The notes below the pieces were generated by a model, which saw only the letters and a program-made list of their open reading frames with translations, ran no database searches and was not told the DNA's origin. Shown here piece by piece: positions 19,807-28,839 of a DNA stretch of 39,832 nucleotides (the first letter of the stretch is position 1; every line of letters starts with the position of its first letter). Position numbers and translations under genes: made by a program. The DNA is from an uncultured Bacilli bacterium (GTDB lineage Bacteria; Bacillota_I; Bacilli_A; RF39; UBA660): NCBI GenBank assembly GCA_947631515.1, contig CANRLP010000003.1, forward strand, positions 1 to 39,832, in the 5' to 3' direction.

Positions 19807-20002
19807 AACAATTTTTTTCATCTGGGTCAATACATTTCCAATTTACGGTTCCACAAGTAGTGCATATAAAGGGAACGAGTGTTTTTTTGCCTTTAGGTTT
19901 TTCATATTTTTCTAAGATTTCAACACATAATAAACCTGTTTCTTTATCGATGTATGCTCTTCCTTGTTTGGAATCTTTGCAATCACCACAATTTTTATTC
20001 AT
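19805..20002 (-). CDS. small putative zinc-ribbon protein
   Basis: CGDC...CTTC pairs; strong RBS AGGAGG upstream on the minus strand. Confidence 0.75.
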   Translation of the reverse strand: MNKNCGDCKDSKQGRAYIDKETGLLCVEILEKYEKPKGKKTLVPFICTTCGTVNWKCIDPDEKNC

Positions 20003-20084
20003 AAATGATTCCTCCTAGATTTTATTATTGCCAAATTTTATGGTAAAATACTATTAATAATAAGTATTTAGAATAGGTGAAAAA

Positions 20085-20648
20085 ATGAAAAAAAAGGTTA
20101 GTGTGGGAGTAAGCAATCATCATATTCATTTAACAGAAGAAACTTATAATTTGCTTTTTAATTCTAAATTGGAAAAAAGAAATGATTTACATCAAATTGG
20201 TGAATTTGCAAGTCAACAAGTAGTAACTTTAAAAACTGCTAAAGCTGAAATTAATAATGTAAGAGTTTTAGGACCACTGCGTGCTTATAATCAAGTAGAA
20301 ATTTCTAGAACAGATGCTAAATTTTTAGGAATAAATCCTCCGGTGCGGCGAAGTGGTAATTTATCTAATAGTGAGACAATTACTGTTATTGGAGAAAAAG
20401 GGAGTATAACTTTAGAAAATTCATGTATTATTGCGGAGAGACACGTTCATTTAAATACTAAAGATGCTAAAAAGTTAAATTTACAAGATGGTGATTGTGT
20501 AAAAATATTAGTTAAAGGTGATAAAGCTTGTATTTTATATGCCAAAATTAAAGTTAGTGACAATGGTTTTTATGAATTACATTTAGATTTTGATGATGCC
20601 AATGCTGCTGGGTTAGAAAATGGCGATGAAGTGGAAATAATCATTTAA
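20085..20648 (+). CDS. pduL: PduL-type phosphate propanoyl/acetyltransferase
   Basis: VGVSNHHIHL, VRVLGPLR..QVEISRTDA..LGI.PPVR.SG, IAERHVHL, ELHLDFDDANA. Confidence 0.92.
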   Translation: MKKKVSVGVSNHHIHLTEETYNLLFNSKLEKRNDLHQIGEFASQQVVTLKTAKAEINNVRVLGPLRAYNQVEISRTDAKFLGINPPVRRSGNLSNSETITVIGEKGSITLENSCIIAERHVHLNTKDAKKLNLQDGDCVKILVKGDKACILYAKIKVSDNGFYELHLDFDDANAAGLENGDEVEIII

Positions 20649-20672
20649 TATTTTATTAAGGAGTTTAAAATT

Positions 20673-21371
20673 ATGTTATACGAAAACCTTACTTGGCAAT
20701 ATGAACAATTATCTGAAGAAGAAAAAAATGCTTTATTAATTTATAAATCTAGGTTGGGAAGAGCTATTAATGCCTTAGGAAACAATGAAGAAGAAATAAT
20801 TGAAATTTATAATAAATATAAACAAATTGTAGAAAATCCTAAAAATATGTTTATTAAATTATCCATATTTAAAGATGTTTCTTTTAAAGATATATCAAGC
20901 TTTAAAGATAGTCTTCAAAAAAATTTAAAGATAATTAACCAAGCCATTCAAAAAATATATTTACCAGAAAGTACTTATGTATATCGTGTTATTTCCATTC
21001 CCATAAATGAGAATTTACATTTTATTTCTAAAGGAAAATTAGTGTCTACAAGTTTAGATATTAATGAATGTGAAAAATTTTTAATATCAAATATGAAAGA
21101 AAAATATAAGCATTTTTTATATAAAATCTATCTAGAGAAAAACGCTTTAGTAGGAATATGTCCATATGCTATTTTATTTGATGAAATTAATGATAGAATT
21201 ATTTTAACAAAACGCCAAGATCAGAAGGAAATCATACTTTTAAAAGATGAATATTTGTTTAATAATATTGGGGAAAGTGTTAAAGAATTAGAAAATGGTG
21301 AAGATTTAAATATTATTAATATTAAAGCAGAATTAAAGGAACAATCATTTATTGATGTACCCAAGAAATAA
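20673..21371 (+). CDS. putative mono-ADP-ribosyltransferase (R-S-E clade, VIP2/C3-like fold)
   Basis: LSEEEKNALLIY....AIN N-terminal helices, YVYR, VSTSLD, QKEIIL (QxE); RBS AAGGAG. Confidence 0.65.
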   Translation: MLYENLTWQYEQLSEEEKNALLIYKSRLGRAINALGNNEEEIIEIYNKYKQIVENPKNMFIKLSIFKDVSFKDISSFKDSLQKNLKIINQAIQKIYLPESTYVYRVISIPINENLHFISKGKLVSTSLDINECEKFLISNMKEKYKHFLYKIYLEKNALVGICPYAILFDEINDRIILTKRQDQKEIILLKDEYLFNNIGESVKELENGEDLNIINIKAELKEQSFIDVPKK

Positions 21372-21383
21372 GGGAGGTTTTTT

Positions 21384-22370
21384 ATGACTTTTAAAATAGG
21401 TAATGTAGAAATAAAGAATCAAATAGTTATGGCACCAATGGCTGGATTTTCTAATACCAGTTTTCGAAAAATTATTAAAGAGATGGGTGCTGGTTTGATT
21501 TTCGCCGAAATGGTAAGTGATAAAGCATTAGTTTTTGACAGTAAAAAAACAATGGATATGTTAAAAATGACAGATAGCGAAAGACCTATTGCTCAACAAA
21601 TTTTTGGAAGTGATATTGATAGTTTTGTTAAGGCAGCAAAAATTGTTGAAGAAAAAATGCATCCAGATATAATTGATATCAATATGGGTTGTCCAGTTCC
21701 AAAAGTGGCTTTAAAAAATCAAGCCGGTAGTGCCTTGTTAAAAAATCCGACCAAAATTAAAGAAATAGTTTCAGCTGTGGTGAAAGCAGTAAAAGTTCCA
21801 GTTACAGTAAAAATACGAAGTGGTTGGGATGAAGCTAGTATAAATGCCGTAGAAGTAGCAAAAGTTATTGAAGAATCTGGAGCTAAGGCAATTACGATTC
21901 ATGCTAGAACTCGTAGTCAAGGTTATAGCGGTAAAGCCGATTGGCAAATTATTAAGGATGTCAAAAATGCTGTTCATATTCCGGTAATTGGTAATGGAGA
22001 TGTTACAACCCCTGAACTAGCTAAAAAAATGTTAGATGAAACTGGCTGTGATGCCGTTATGATTGGAAGAGGTATTTTGGGTAATCCCTGGCTAATTAAG
22101 GAATGTATATATTATTTAGAAACTGGCAAAATTTTGCCAAAGCCTACTAATATAGAAAAAATTGCCATGATGAAAAAACATTTTGAATTGCTTGTTCAAG
22201 ATAAAAATGAACGTGTGGCTTTATTAGAAATTCGGACAAATATATTATATTATTTAAAAGGAATGCCAGAATCCAAAGAAATGAAAATAAAAATATGTGC
22301 TAGTAAAACTAAAGAAGAATTGTTACAGATTTTAGATGATTATCAAAAATATATTAAAGAATTAGATTAA
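21384..22370 (+). CDS. dusB: tRNA-dihydrouridine synthase B
   Basis: MAPMAG, QQIFG, IDINMGCPVPKV, GSALL, VTVKIRSGW, IHART, IGNGDV, VMIGRG.LGNPW. Confidence 0.95.
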   Translation: MTFKIGNVEIKNQIVMAPMAGFSNTSFRKIIKEMGAGLIFAEMVSDKALVFDSKKTMDMLKMTDSERPIAQQIFGSDIDSFVKAAKIVEEKMHPDIIDINMGCPVPKVALKNQAGSALLKNPTKIKEIVSAVVKAVKVPVTVKIRSGWDEASINAVEVAKVIEESGAKAITIHARTRSQGYSGKADWQIIKDVKNAVHIPVIGNGDVTTPELAKKMLDETGCDAVMIGRGILGNPWLIKECIYYLETGKILPKPTNIEKIAMMKKHFELLVQDKNERVALLEIRTNILYYLKGMPESKEMKIKICASKTKEELLQILDDYQKYIKELD

Positions 22371-22857
22371 GTATTGCTAAAAGAACAAATAATAAAGCAC
22401 TTATTAGATTACTTTTTTTAATTTGTTTTAAAGATTTAGCAAAAATATAACCCAAGCATAAGAAAACAATAGCAAAGGTACTAAAAGTAGTTATTATTAT
22501 AAATAAAGAATAATCATAGACAAAATTTAAAGAGATAATGCCTCCATCTAAAGAATGAGTTAAGGATAATAAAAATAATTGTTTAAATGATAAATTGTAA
22601 TCATAGTTATTATTATCATTATTTTCTTTAAAAATATGCCATGCTAAAAATAAATATAGCAAAGTGGCAATAGTAGGAGTCATAAATTTGAAGTTAAAAA
22701 AACAATATAAAAAAATGATTGCCGAATAAATGAGATAATTGTTTATAAAAAGGATAGTACTGTTTTTTATAGTTAATTTTGCATTAGCTAATTTTAAACT
22801 AATTCCGATTATTATCCCATCTAAACTAGCAACAATAGCATTTAATAATAAAAGCAT
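22354..22857 (-). CDS. MntP/YtaF-family membrane protein
   Basis: Two SLD(G) motifs (VASLDG, HSLDGG) in a hydrophobic two-repeat architecture; RBS AGGTGA. Confidence 0.65.
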   Translation of the reverse strand: MLLLLNAIVASLDGIIIGISLKLANAKLTIKNSTILFINNYLIYSAIIFLYCFFNFKFMTPTIATLLYLFLAWHIFKENNDNNNYDYNLSFKQLFLLSLTHSLDGGIISLNFVYDYSLFIIITTFSTFAIVFLCLGYIFAKSLKQIKKSNLISALLFVLLAILNLIL

Positions 22858-22964
22858 AAATAATCACCTTTTATAAGGTATGTTATAAAGAAAAATATGG
22901 CTGTTTTTAATAATTAGAAAAAAGAATTTTTTCCAAAATTTTGAAGAAAAGTAGTATAAAATTA

Positions 22965-22994
22965 TTGACATTACATATAAATATAATATATAAT
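22965..22994 (+). promoter_or_regulatory. sigma-A promoter for tRNA-Asn
   Basis: TTGACA-N18-TATAAT. Confidence 0.7.
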
Positions 22995-23005
22995 TTAGTT
23001 GTCGT

Positions 23006-23081
23006 GCCCGATTAGCTCAGCCGGTAGAGCGCACGGCTGTTAACCGTTAGGTCGTAGGTTCGAGTCCTACATCGGGCGCCA
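23006..23081 (+). tRNA. tRNA-Asn (GTT)
   Basis: Cloverleaf with acceptor GCCCGAT/ATCGGGC, D arm GCTC/GAGC, anticodon loop CTGTTAA, T arm GTAGG-TTCGAGT-CCTAC, discriminator G and encoded CCA. Confidence 0.96.
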
Positions 23082-23091
23082 TTATGAATTT

Positions 23092-23116
23092 AACTCCCTA
23101 TTTTGGGGAGTTTTTT
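23092..23116 (+). terminator. Rho-independent terminator after tRNA-Asn
   Basis: AACTCCC...GGGAGTT followed by Ts. Confidence 0.8.
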
Positions 23117-23218
23117 CTTATTCAAATAAAATTTTGAAATAGTACTTTATATATTTTCATACATAAGATATAATTAAGAATATACCATAGAAGCGGTATC
23201 CTATGGAGGGACTTATAT

Positions 23219-23458
23219 ATGAGTGAAATTAGACCTTTGACGAGAGAAGAACAATTAATATGGATGATAAAATATTGTCGTCAAGAAATTAGCTATTTAA
23301 AAAAAGAATTAATGAAAGCGAAAAGAGAATTAAAACTTTTACAACAACAAAGTATAAATAATGAATGTGGTAAAAGTTTAAGTAAGACTAAGAAAAATGA
23401 AATGAATAACTTAATTTTTAATAGTAGTGATAACTTGATAAAAAAATGTAATAAATAA
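23219..23458 (+). CDS. small basic hypothetical protein with short coiled coil
   Basis: RBS GGAGGG and upstream TATAAT; no recognised family. Confidence 0.6.
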   Translation: MSEIRPLTREEQLIWMIKYCRQEISYLKKELMKAKRELKLLQQQSINNECGKSLSKTKKNEMNNLIFNSSDNLIKKCNK

Positions 23459-23607
23459 AAAAATAGTACTTATTTGTAGGACATTTTTTAAATTTTGGCT
23501 GCAAATTTTCAATACTTTTAACATAATTTTTAATAATTGTAATTTGAATTGTTTTTCTTTTACGATATAATAGGTTTTGATGTGAAGAATTTAGGAAGGA
23601 TTAAATT

Positions 23608-25914
23608 ATGTTAGAATTAAAAAAAATTAATAAAAGTTATACGACAGGTGATTTTACTCAAGTTGCTTTAAAAGATGTTGATTTAAAATTTCGAAAAAAT
23701 GAATTTGTAGCAATATTAGGTCCTAGTGGAAGTGGTAAAACAACCCTTTTAAATATTATTGGGGGTTTAGATCGTTATGATAAAGGAGATTTAATTATCA
23801 ATAATCGTTCTACGAAAAAATTTAAAGATCAAGATTGGGATGCTTATCGTAATAATTGTATTGGTTTTGTTTTTCAAAGTTATAATTTGATTAGTCATAT
23901 TAGCATTTTAGATAATGTAGAAATGGGTATGACTTTGAGTGGAGTATCTAGTAAAAAAAGACGTAGTAAAGCTAAAAAAGCTTTGGAGCGAGTTGGTTTA
24001 AAAGATCATATGCATAAAAAACCAAATCAACTAAGTGGAGGTCAAATGCAACGTGTCGCTATTGCAAGAGCTTTGGCAAATGACCCAGATATTATTTTAG
24101 CTGATGAACCTACAGGTGCCTTAGATACTAAAACTAGTGTGCAAATTATGGAACTTATTAAAGAAATTGCTCAAGACAAACTAGTTATTATGGTTACTCA
24201 CAACCCCGATTTGGCTCGTGATTATGCTAATAGGGTTATTGAAATGCGAGATGGGGTCGTACTTAGTGATTCTAATCCTATTTTAGAAAATGAAAAAGAA
24301 GATAAGGAATATAAAATTAAACGTACTTCAATGGGATTTTTATCTGCACTAAAATTAAGTTTAAATAATATTAAAACTAAAAAAGGTCGGACATTACTTA
24401 CCTCATTTGCTTCAAGTATCGGTATAATTGGAATTGCCCTTATTTTATCTTTATCTAATGGTTTTGATAAACAAATCGATATTTTTGAAAGAAATACATT
24501 ATCATCTATGCCGATAATTATTAGTGAACAAGCAATGAATTTAGATGAAGAAACTATGAATGAAATGCAAAATGAAGTAAAAACAACGGATGAAGATTAT
24601 CCGGATATTGACTATATTATTCCAGAAAAAACAGTAGAAGATACTTATACACATCGTAATAATATTACTAAAGAATATGTAAGTTATATTGAAAATGCTA
24701 ATCCCGATATAGTTAGTGGAATATCTTCTTATCGTTATACTGGTTTAAATTTATTAAATAAAATAAATGGTAAAGTTAAAGTGATTAGTTCAGAGAATAT
24801 GGGAAGTATTCCTAAAACTTTAAGTGAAGATAAAAAAAGTGTTATTGAAGAAAAATATGATATCTTAGCAGGTCGTGAAGCTAAAGAAAAATATGAATTA
24901 GTTTTAATAGTAGATAGTAAAAATCATGTTACTGAAGATATTTTAACTAATTTAGGCCTTGATGCTACGAAAGAAAATATTTCTTTTGATGATCTTTTAA
25001 ATAGTGAATTAAAACTTATTTTAAATGATGATTATTATCAAAAAGTAGGTAATTATTATACGGTAAATACTGATTTAGATGAATTATATAATTCAAAAAA
25101 TGCTATAACTTTAAAAGTGGTCGGAGTAATACGTTTAAAAGAAGATTATCCTAGCTATGTTCAAACGTCTGGTTTAACTTATACTGAAAAACTATTAGAT
25201 TATATTATTGAAGTTAATCAAGATTCGGCGATTGTAAAAGCCCAAAAAAATGCTAACTATAATATTTTAAGCGGCGAAACTTTTGATTTAAGTACCGATG
25301 AAGGAAAATATGCTAAGGAGCAAACTTTAGCTTATTTAGGAGATGACTCAGTTCCTTATGTTATTCAAGTTTATCCTAGAGATTTTAATGCTAAAGATGA
25401 GTTATTAGAGTATTTAGATAAATATAATGAAGGTAAAGACGTTGATGATCAAGTAGTATATACTGATCAAGCTGAAATTATTTCTTCGTTGTCAGGCAGT
25501 ATTATGGATGCTATTACGATAGTTTTAGTAGCGTTTAGCGCTATTAGTTTGATTGTTTCATCTATTATGATAGGAATTATAATGTACATTTCCGTTTTAG
25601 AAAGAACTAAAGAAATTGGTATATTACGTAGTTTGGGGGCTCGTAAAAAAGATATTTCAAGAGTATTTAATGCTGAAACATTTATAATTGGTGTGGCTTC
25701 AGGTGTCTTGGGAATACTTATTGCTAGATTGCTATTAATCCCTGCCAATATCATACTTTATAATTTAACAGATCTAGAAAATGTAGCAGTTTTAAATCCA
25801 GTCCATGCGATAATATTAATTATTATTAGTTTAATTTTAACTTTAATTGGTGGAGCAATACCAGCTAAACTTGCCAGTAAAAAAGATCCAGTTATTGCTC
25901 TTCGAACAGAATAG
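23608..25914 (+). CDS. ABC transporter ATP-binding/permease fusion (MacB/FtsX-like)
   Basis: GPSGSGKT, LSGGQMQRVAIARAL, ILADEPTGALD, one TM plus a large extracellular domain, and C-terminal FtsX permease (ERTKEIGILRSLGA). Confidence 0.93.
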   Translation: MLELKKINKSYTTGDFTQVALKDVDLKFRKNEFVAILGPSGSGKTTLLNIIGGLDRYDKGDLIINNRSTKKFKDQDWDAYRNNCIGFVFQSYNLISHISILDNVEMGMTLSGVSSKKRRSKAKKALERVGLKDHMHKKPNQLSGGQMQRVAIARALANDPDIILADEPTGALDTKTSVQIMELIKEIAQDKLVIMVTHNPDLARDYANRVIEMRDGVVLSDSNPILENEKEDKEYKIKRTSMGFLSALKLSLNNIKTKKGRTLLTSFASSIGIIGIALILSLSNGFDKQIDIFERNTLSSMPIIISEQAMNLDEETMNEMQNEVKTTDEDYPDIDYIIPEKTVEDTYTHRNNITKEYVSYIENANPDIVSGISSYRYTGLNLLNKINGKVKVISSENMGSIPKTLSEDKKSVIEEKYDILAGREAKEKYELVLIVDSKNHVTEDILTNLGLDATKENISFDDLLNSELKLILNDDYYQKVGNYYTVNTDLDELYNSKNAITLKVVGVIRLKEDYPSYVQTSGLTYTEKLLDYIIEVNQDSAIVKAQKNANYNILSGETFDLSTDEGKYAKEQTLAYLGDDSVPYVIQVYPRDFNAKDELLEYLDKYNEGKDVDDQVVYTDQAEIISSLSGSIMDAITIVLVAFSAISLIVSSIMIGIIMYISVLERTKEIGILRSLGARKKDISRVFNAETFIIGVASGVLGILIARLLLIPANIILYNLTDLENVAVLNPVHAIILIIISLILTLIGGAIPAKLASKKDPVIALRTE

Positions 25915-25958
25915 ACAGCACTTTAGCTGTTTTTTTAATACTTTATTTTATTTAGTAC

Positions 25959-25987
25959 TTGACAATACATAGTACTAGATGTAATAT
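25959..25987 (+). promoter_or_regulatory. sigma-A promoter overlapped by an inverted repeat (putative PadR operator)
   Basis: TTGACA-N17-TAATAT, with TACAT-agtactag-ATGTA at 25966-25983. Confidence 0.55.
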
Positions 25988-25998
25988 GATGGCAAGAG

Positions 25999-26328
25999 GT
26001 GATACTTATCAACACACAATTTAAAAAAGGTGTACTAGAATTATTAGTACTTTTAATGGTTGAAAAAAAAGATATGTACGGTTATGAACTAGTAGAAGCC
26101 GTAAGTAAAGTAGTTGATGTTAATGAAGGGACAATATATCCGATATTAAAACGACTTACCAATGAAGGCTTTTTTGAAACCTATTTAGAAGAATCCAAAG
26201 AAGGTCCACCTCGTAAATACTATCATATAACAGTTGCGGGAAAGAAAAGAAAAAAAGAACAAGTGGAAGAATGGATAAGTTTTGCTAAAAGTGTGAATGA
26301 TTTTATTAATGGGAGTGATAAAAAATGA
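25999..26328 (+). CDS. PadR-family transcriptional regulator
   Basis: QFKKGVLELLVL, MYGYEL, EGTIYPILKRL, GPPRKYYHIT..G. Confidence 0.93.
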   Translation: MILINTQFKKGVLELLVLLMVEKKDMYGYELVEAVSKVVDVNEGTIYPILKRLTNEGFFETYLEESKEGPPRKYYHITVAGKKRKKEQVEEWISFAKSVNDFINGSDKK

Positions 26329-27824
26329 CAAAGGAAGAATTTTTAAAAAAATTAAAGAAAAAAATTGATATCTTAGAAGAAAGTGAAGTAGAAGATATAT
26401 TAAAAGATTATGAAGGCTTCATTGATGAAAAAGTAAATCAAGGAATGAGTGAAGAAGAAGCTGTCAAACAACTAGGAAATATTAATGAAATTGTAGAAGA
26501 ATTATTAAGTGCTTATAAAATTAAAAAGCCTCAAGAAAAAAATAATAATGTAATTAATAATTTTGTAGATCGCTTTATAGATATTTCAGAAAAAATTATT
26601 TATACTTTTTCCCATAAAAGTTTAAAAGAAATATTACATTTTATGTTTGAAATAATTGGGATTTTTATAATCTTATTCCTTTGTAAAATACCTTTTGAAC
26701 TAATTATTTCTTTAGGACAAAATGTTGTATATGATTTATGTACAAGTATTGGAGGCTTGTCTTTATATAGAATTGTTGGTGGAATTGGTAAATTTGTAAT
26801 TGAGATGATTTATTTAATTTTTGCCGTCATTCTATTTATCAAACTATTTGAAAATCGCTATGCCAATTCAGATTTCTTTGAAGGAGAAGAAGAGGAAAAG
26901 GAAAATAAATCTTCTAAAGGAAAAAATAATTCTTTAAATGAATCTAAAAAAGAATTTAAAACAGTAAAAAAGGAAAAGAACTATCAAAGATTAGGAATAA
27001 TTGATGTTTTAGTAAATATTTGTTTAATATTTATCAAATGTTTTGTCTTCTTTATTCTAATTTGGGTTATTTTATATATTATTGCGATGACTGCTGCCGT
27101 AGGAATTTCTATATATCTTTTAACTTTAGGAATAACTTATTTTGGTTTTTATCTAGGCATAATAGCTTTACTATCTTTAGGTATATGTGTATTTATAGTA
27201 CTATTTAATTTTATCTTTAATCGTAAAAATCATTTATCTGCCTTATTAATTACGACCCTTGTTAGTTTGGCTCTATTAGGAGTTGGTATAGGAATAGCAT
27301 CAATAGAAATTGCTAAAACAGAAGTAGTTTATGAAAACGAAAATGATAATAATTTAGAAACTAAAACTTTTGAATATCAAATGAAAGATAATTTAGTTTT
27401 GCATAATTTTGGAGATAATTATCAAATAGATGATACTTTAGGAGATACAATTCGTCTGGAATATAAGTATAATTCTAATTTTGCTGATTATCACTTCTAT
27501 GATAGATATAGTACTTATCAAGATTTAGAAATTATCATTACCAACTATGATGTAACAAATTTTAAATATGATAATAAAATATTTAATCAAATTCTAGAAG
27601 ATTTAAAAAAGAAAAAAATTCAATTATATAATTATGATTTACAAGTGACAATATATGTAAGTAATGATGTTTATAACAAATTACAAGCTAATGAAGAAAA
27701 ATTAAATAAACTTTATGATTTGACAGATTATAATTACGATTTAGAAGATATATGTGAAGAATTAAATTATCAAGGTTATGATTTACCATCTTATTGTTTA
27801 CCTTATTTAAATGAAGAAATGTAA
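26325..27824 (+). CDS. DUF1700 (HAAS) domain multi-pass membrane protein
   Basis: MTKEEFLKKL...EVEDIL.DY..FIDE...GMSEEEAVKQLG N-terminus, multiple TM helices, ATGA overlap with padR. Confidence 0.8.
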   Translation: MTKEEFLKKLKKKIDILEESEVEDILKDYEGFIDEKVNQGMSEEEAVKQLGNINEIVEELLSAYKIKKPQEKNNNVINNFVDRFIDISEKIIYTFSHKSLKEILHFMFEIIGIFIILFLCKIPFELIISLGQNVVYDLCTSIGGLSLYRIVGGIGKFVIEMIYLIFAVILFIKLFENRYANSDFFEGEEEEKENKSSKGKNNSLNESKKEFKTVKKEKNYQRLGIIDVLVNICLIFIKCFVFFILIWVILYIIAMTAAVGISIYLLTLGITYFGFYLGIIALLSLGICVFIVLFNFIFNRKNHLSALLITTLVSLALLGVGIGIASIEIAKTEVVYENENDNNLETKTFEYQMKDNLVLHNFGDNYQIDDTLGDTIRLEYKYNSNFADYHFYDRYSTYQDLEIIITNYDVTNFKYDNKIFNQILEDLKKKKIQLYNYDLQVTIYVSNDVYNKLQANEEKLNKLYDLTDYNYDLEDICEELNYQGYDLPSYCLPYLNEEM

Positions 27825-27887
27825 AGAAAAAGCGGATTTTGCTTTTTCTTTTTTTGGGTATGCTATATAATGAAAGTGGTGAAGTAG

Positions 27888-28820
27888 ATGAATGATCAAA
27901 AGATAAGTATGTTGGAACGTTATGGGGAAAATTTTACTAAAAAGGAATTTATTACTGACCCAGCTATTGCTCGTGATGATGAAATTAAACAATGCATTTT
28001 AACTTTATTAACTCCTGAAAAAAGTGCCCTTTTGGTTGGTAAACCTGGTATAGGTAAAACAGCAATCGTGGAAGGCTTAGCTTATCGAATTCAAAAAGGT
28101 TTAGTTCCTAATGCTTTATTGGGATGGGATTTAATTAAAATTAATATTACAAGTTTATTAGGGTCAAGTGTTAGTGATGGCCAAGTAGAAAATAGAGTTG
28201 ATTTATTAGTTAAGGAGTTAGATGCCCGAGATAAAACTATATTATTCATTGATGAAACTCATGTTTTAGTAAATCGTAATACAAGTGATAATGGTGGAAT
28301 TGACTTTGCTAACCTTTTAAAATCTGGATTAGATCGTGGTTCAATTAAAATGATCGGTGCAACTACAACGGAAGAATATGAACAATATATTTTACGAGAT
28401 CGAGCTTTTTTACGTAGATTTCAAAAAATTGATGTGTTAGAAGCAGATAAACCAACGACGGTTAAAATTCTTTTAGGAACATTACCTAAATTGGAAAAAC
28501 AAATTGGAGTTAAACTAGCTTATACAGATTTCGTTAAAGAAAGAATTATGAAATTTATTGTAGAAATGACTGATGAATATAAACGAGTTTATGAAGTAGC
28601 TAGTAGGTATCCTGATATTTGTTTAACAATTCTAGCTAATGCTTTTACTTATGCTTTATTTGATAATGCTACTGAAGTAAAAATAAAACATGTATATAAA
28701 GCTATATGTAATGCCAAAAATATATATGAAGATGCTAAAAGAAAAGAAATAGCTCGTTTTAAAGAAGAATTTTCTGATTTAATTAAAGAAGAAAATGTAA
28801 ATTTAGATGATATTAAATAG
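27888..28820 (+). CDS. single-module Clp/Hsp100 NBD1-like AAA+ ATPase
   Basis: LERYGENFT...[57 protein letters not shown]. Confidence 0.85.
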   Translation: MNDQKISMLERYGENFTKKEFITDPAIARDDEIKQCILTLLTPEKSALLVGKPGIGKTAIVEGLAYRIQKGLVPNALLGWDLIKINITSLLGSSVSDGQVENRVDLLVKELDARDKTILFIDETHVLVNRNTSDNGGIDFANLLKSGLDRGSIKMIGATTTEEYEQYILRDRAFLRRFQKIDVLEADKPTTVKILLGTLPKLEKQIGVKLAYTDFVKERIMKFIVEMTDEYKRVYEVASRYPDICLTILANAFTYALFDNATEVKIKHVYKAICNAKNIYEDAKRKEIARFKEEFSDLIKEENVNLDDIK

Positions 28821-28839
28821 AATAGAAGGGATTGATAAA

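Noticed and set aside
22875-22905. SigE/SigK promoter before the YtaF/MntP-like gene (minus strand CATAcctT)
   Set aside because: A -10-like element is present, but the -35 candidates are at non-canonical spacing; too weak in AT-rich DNA.
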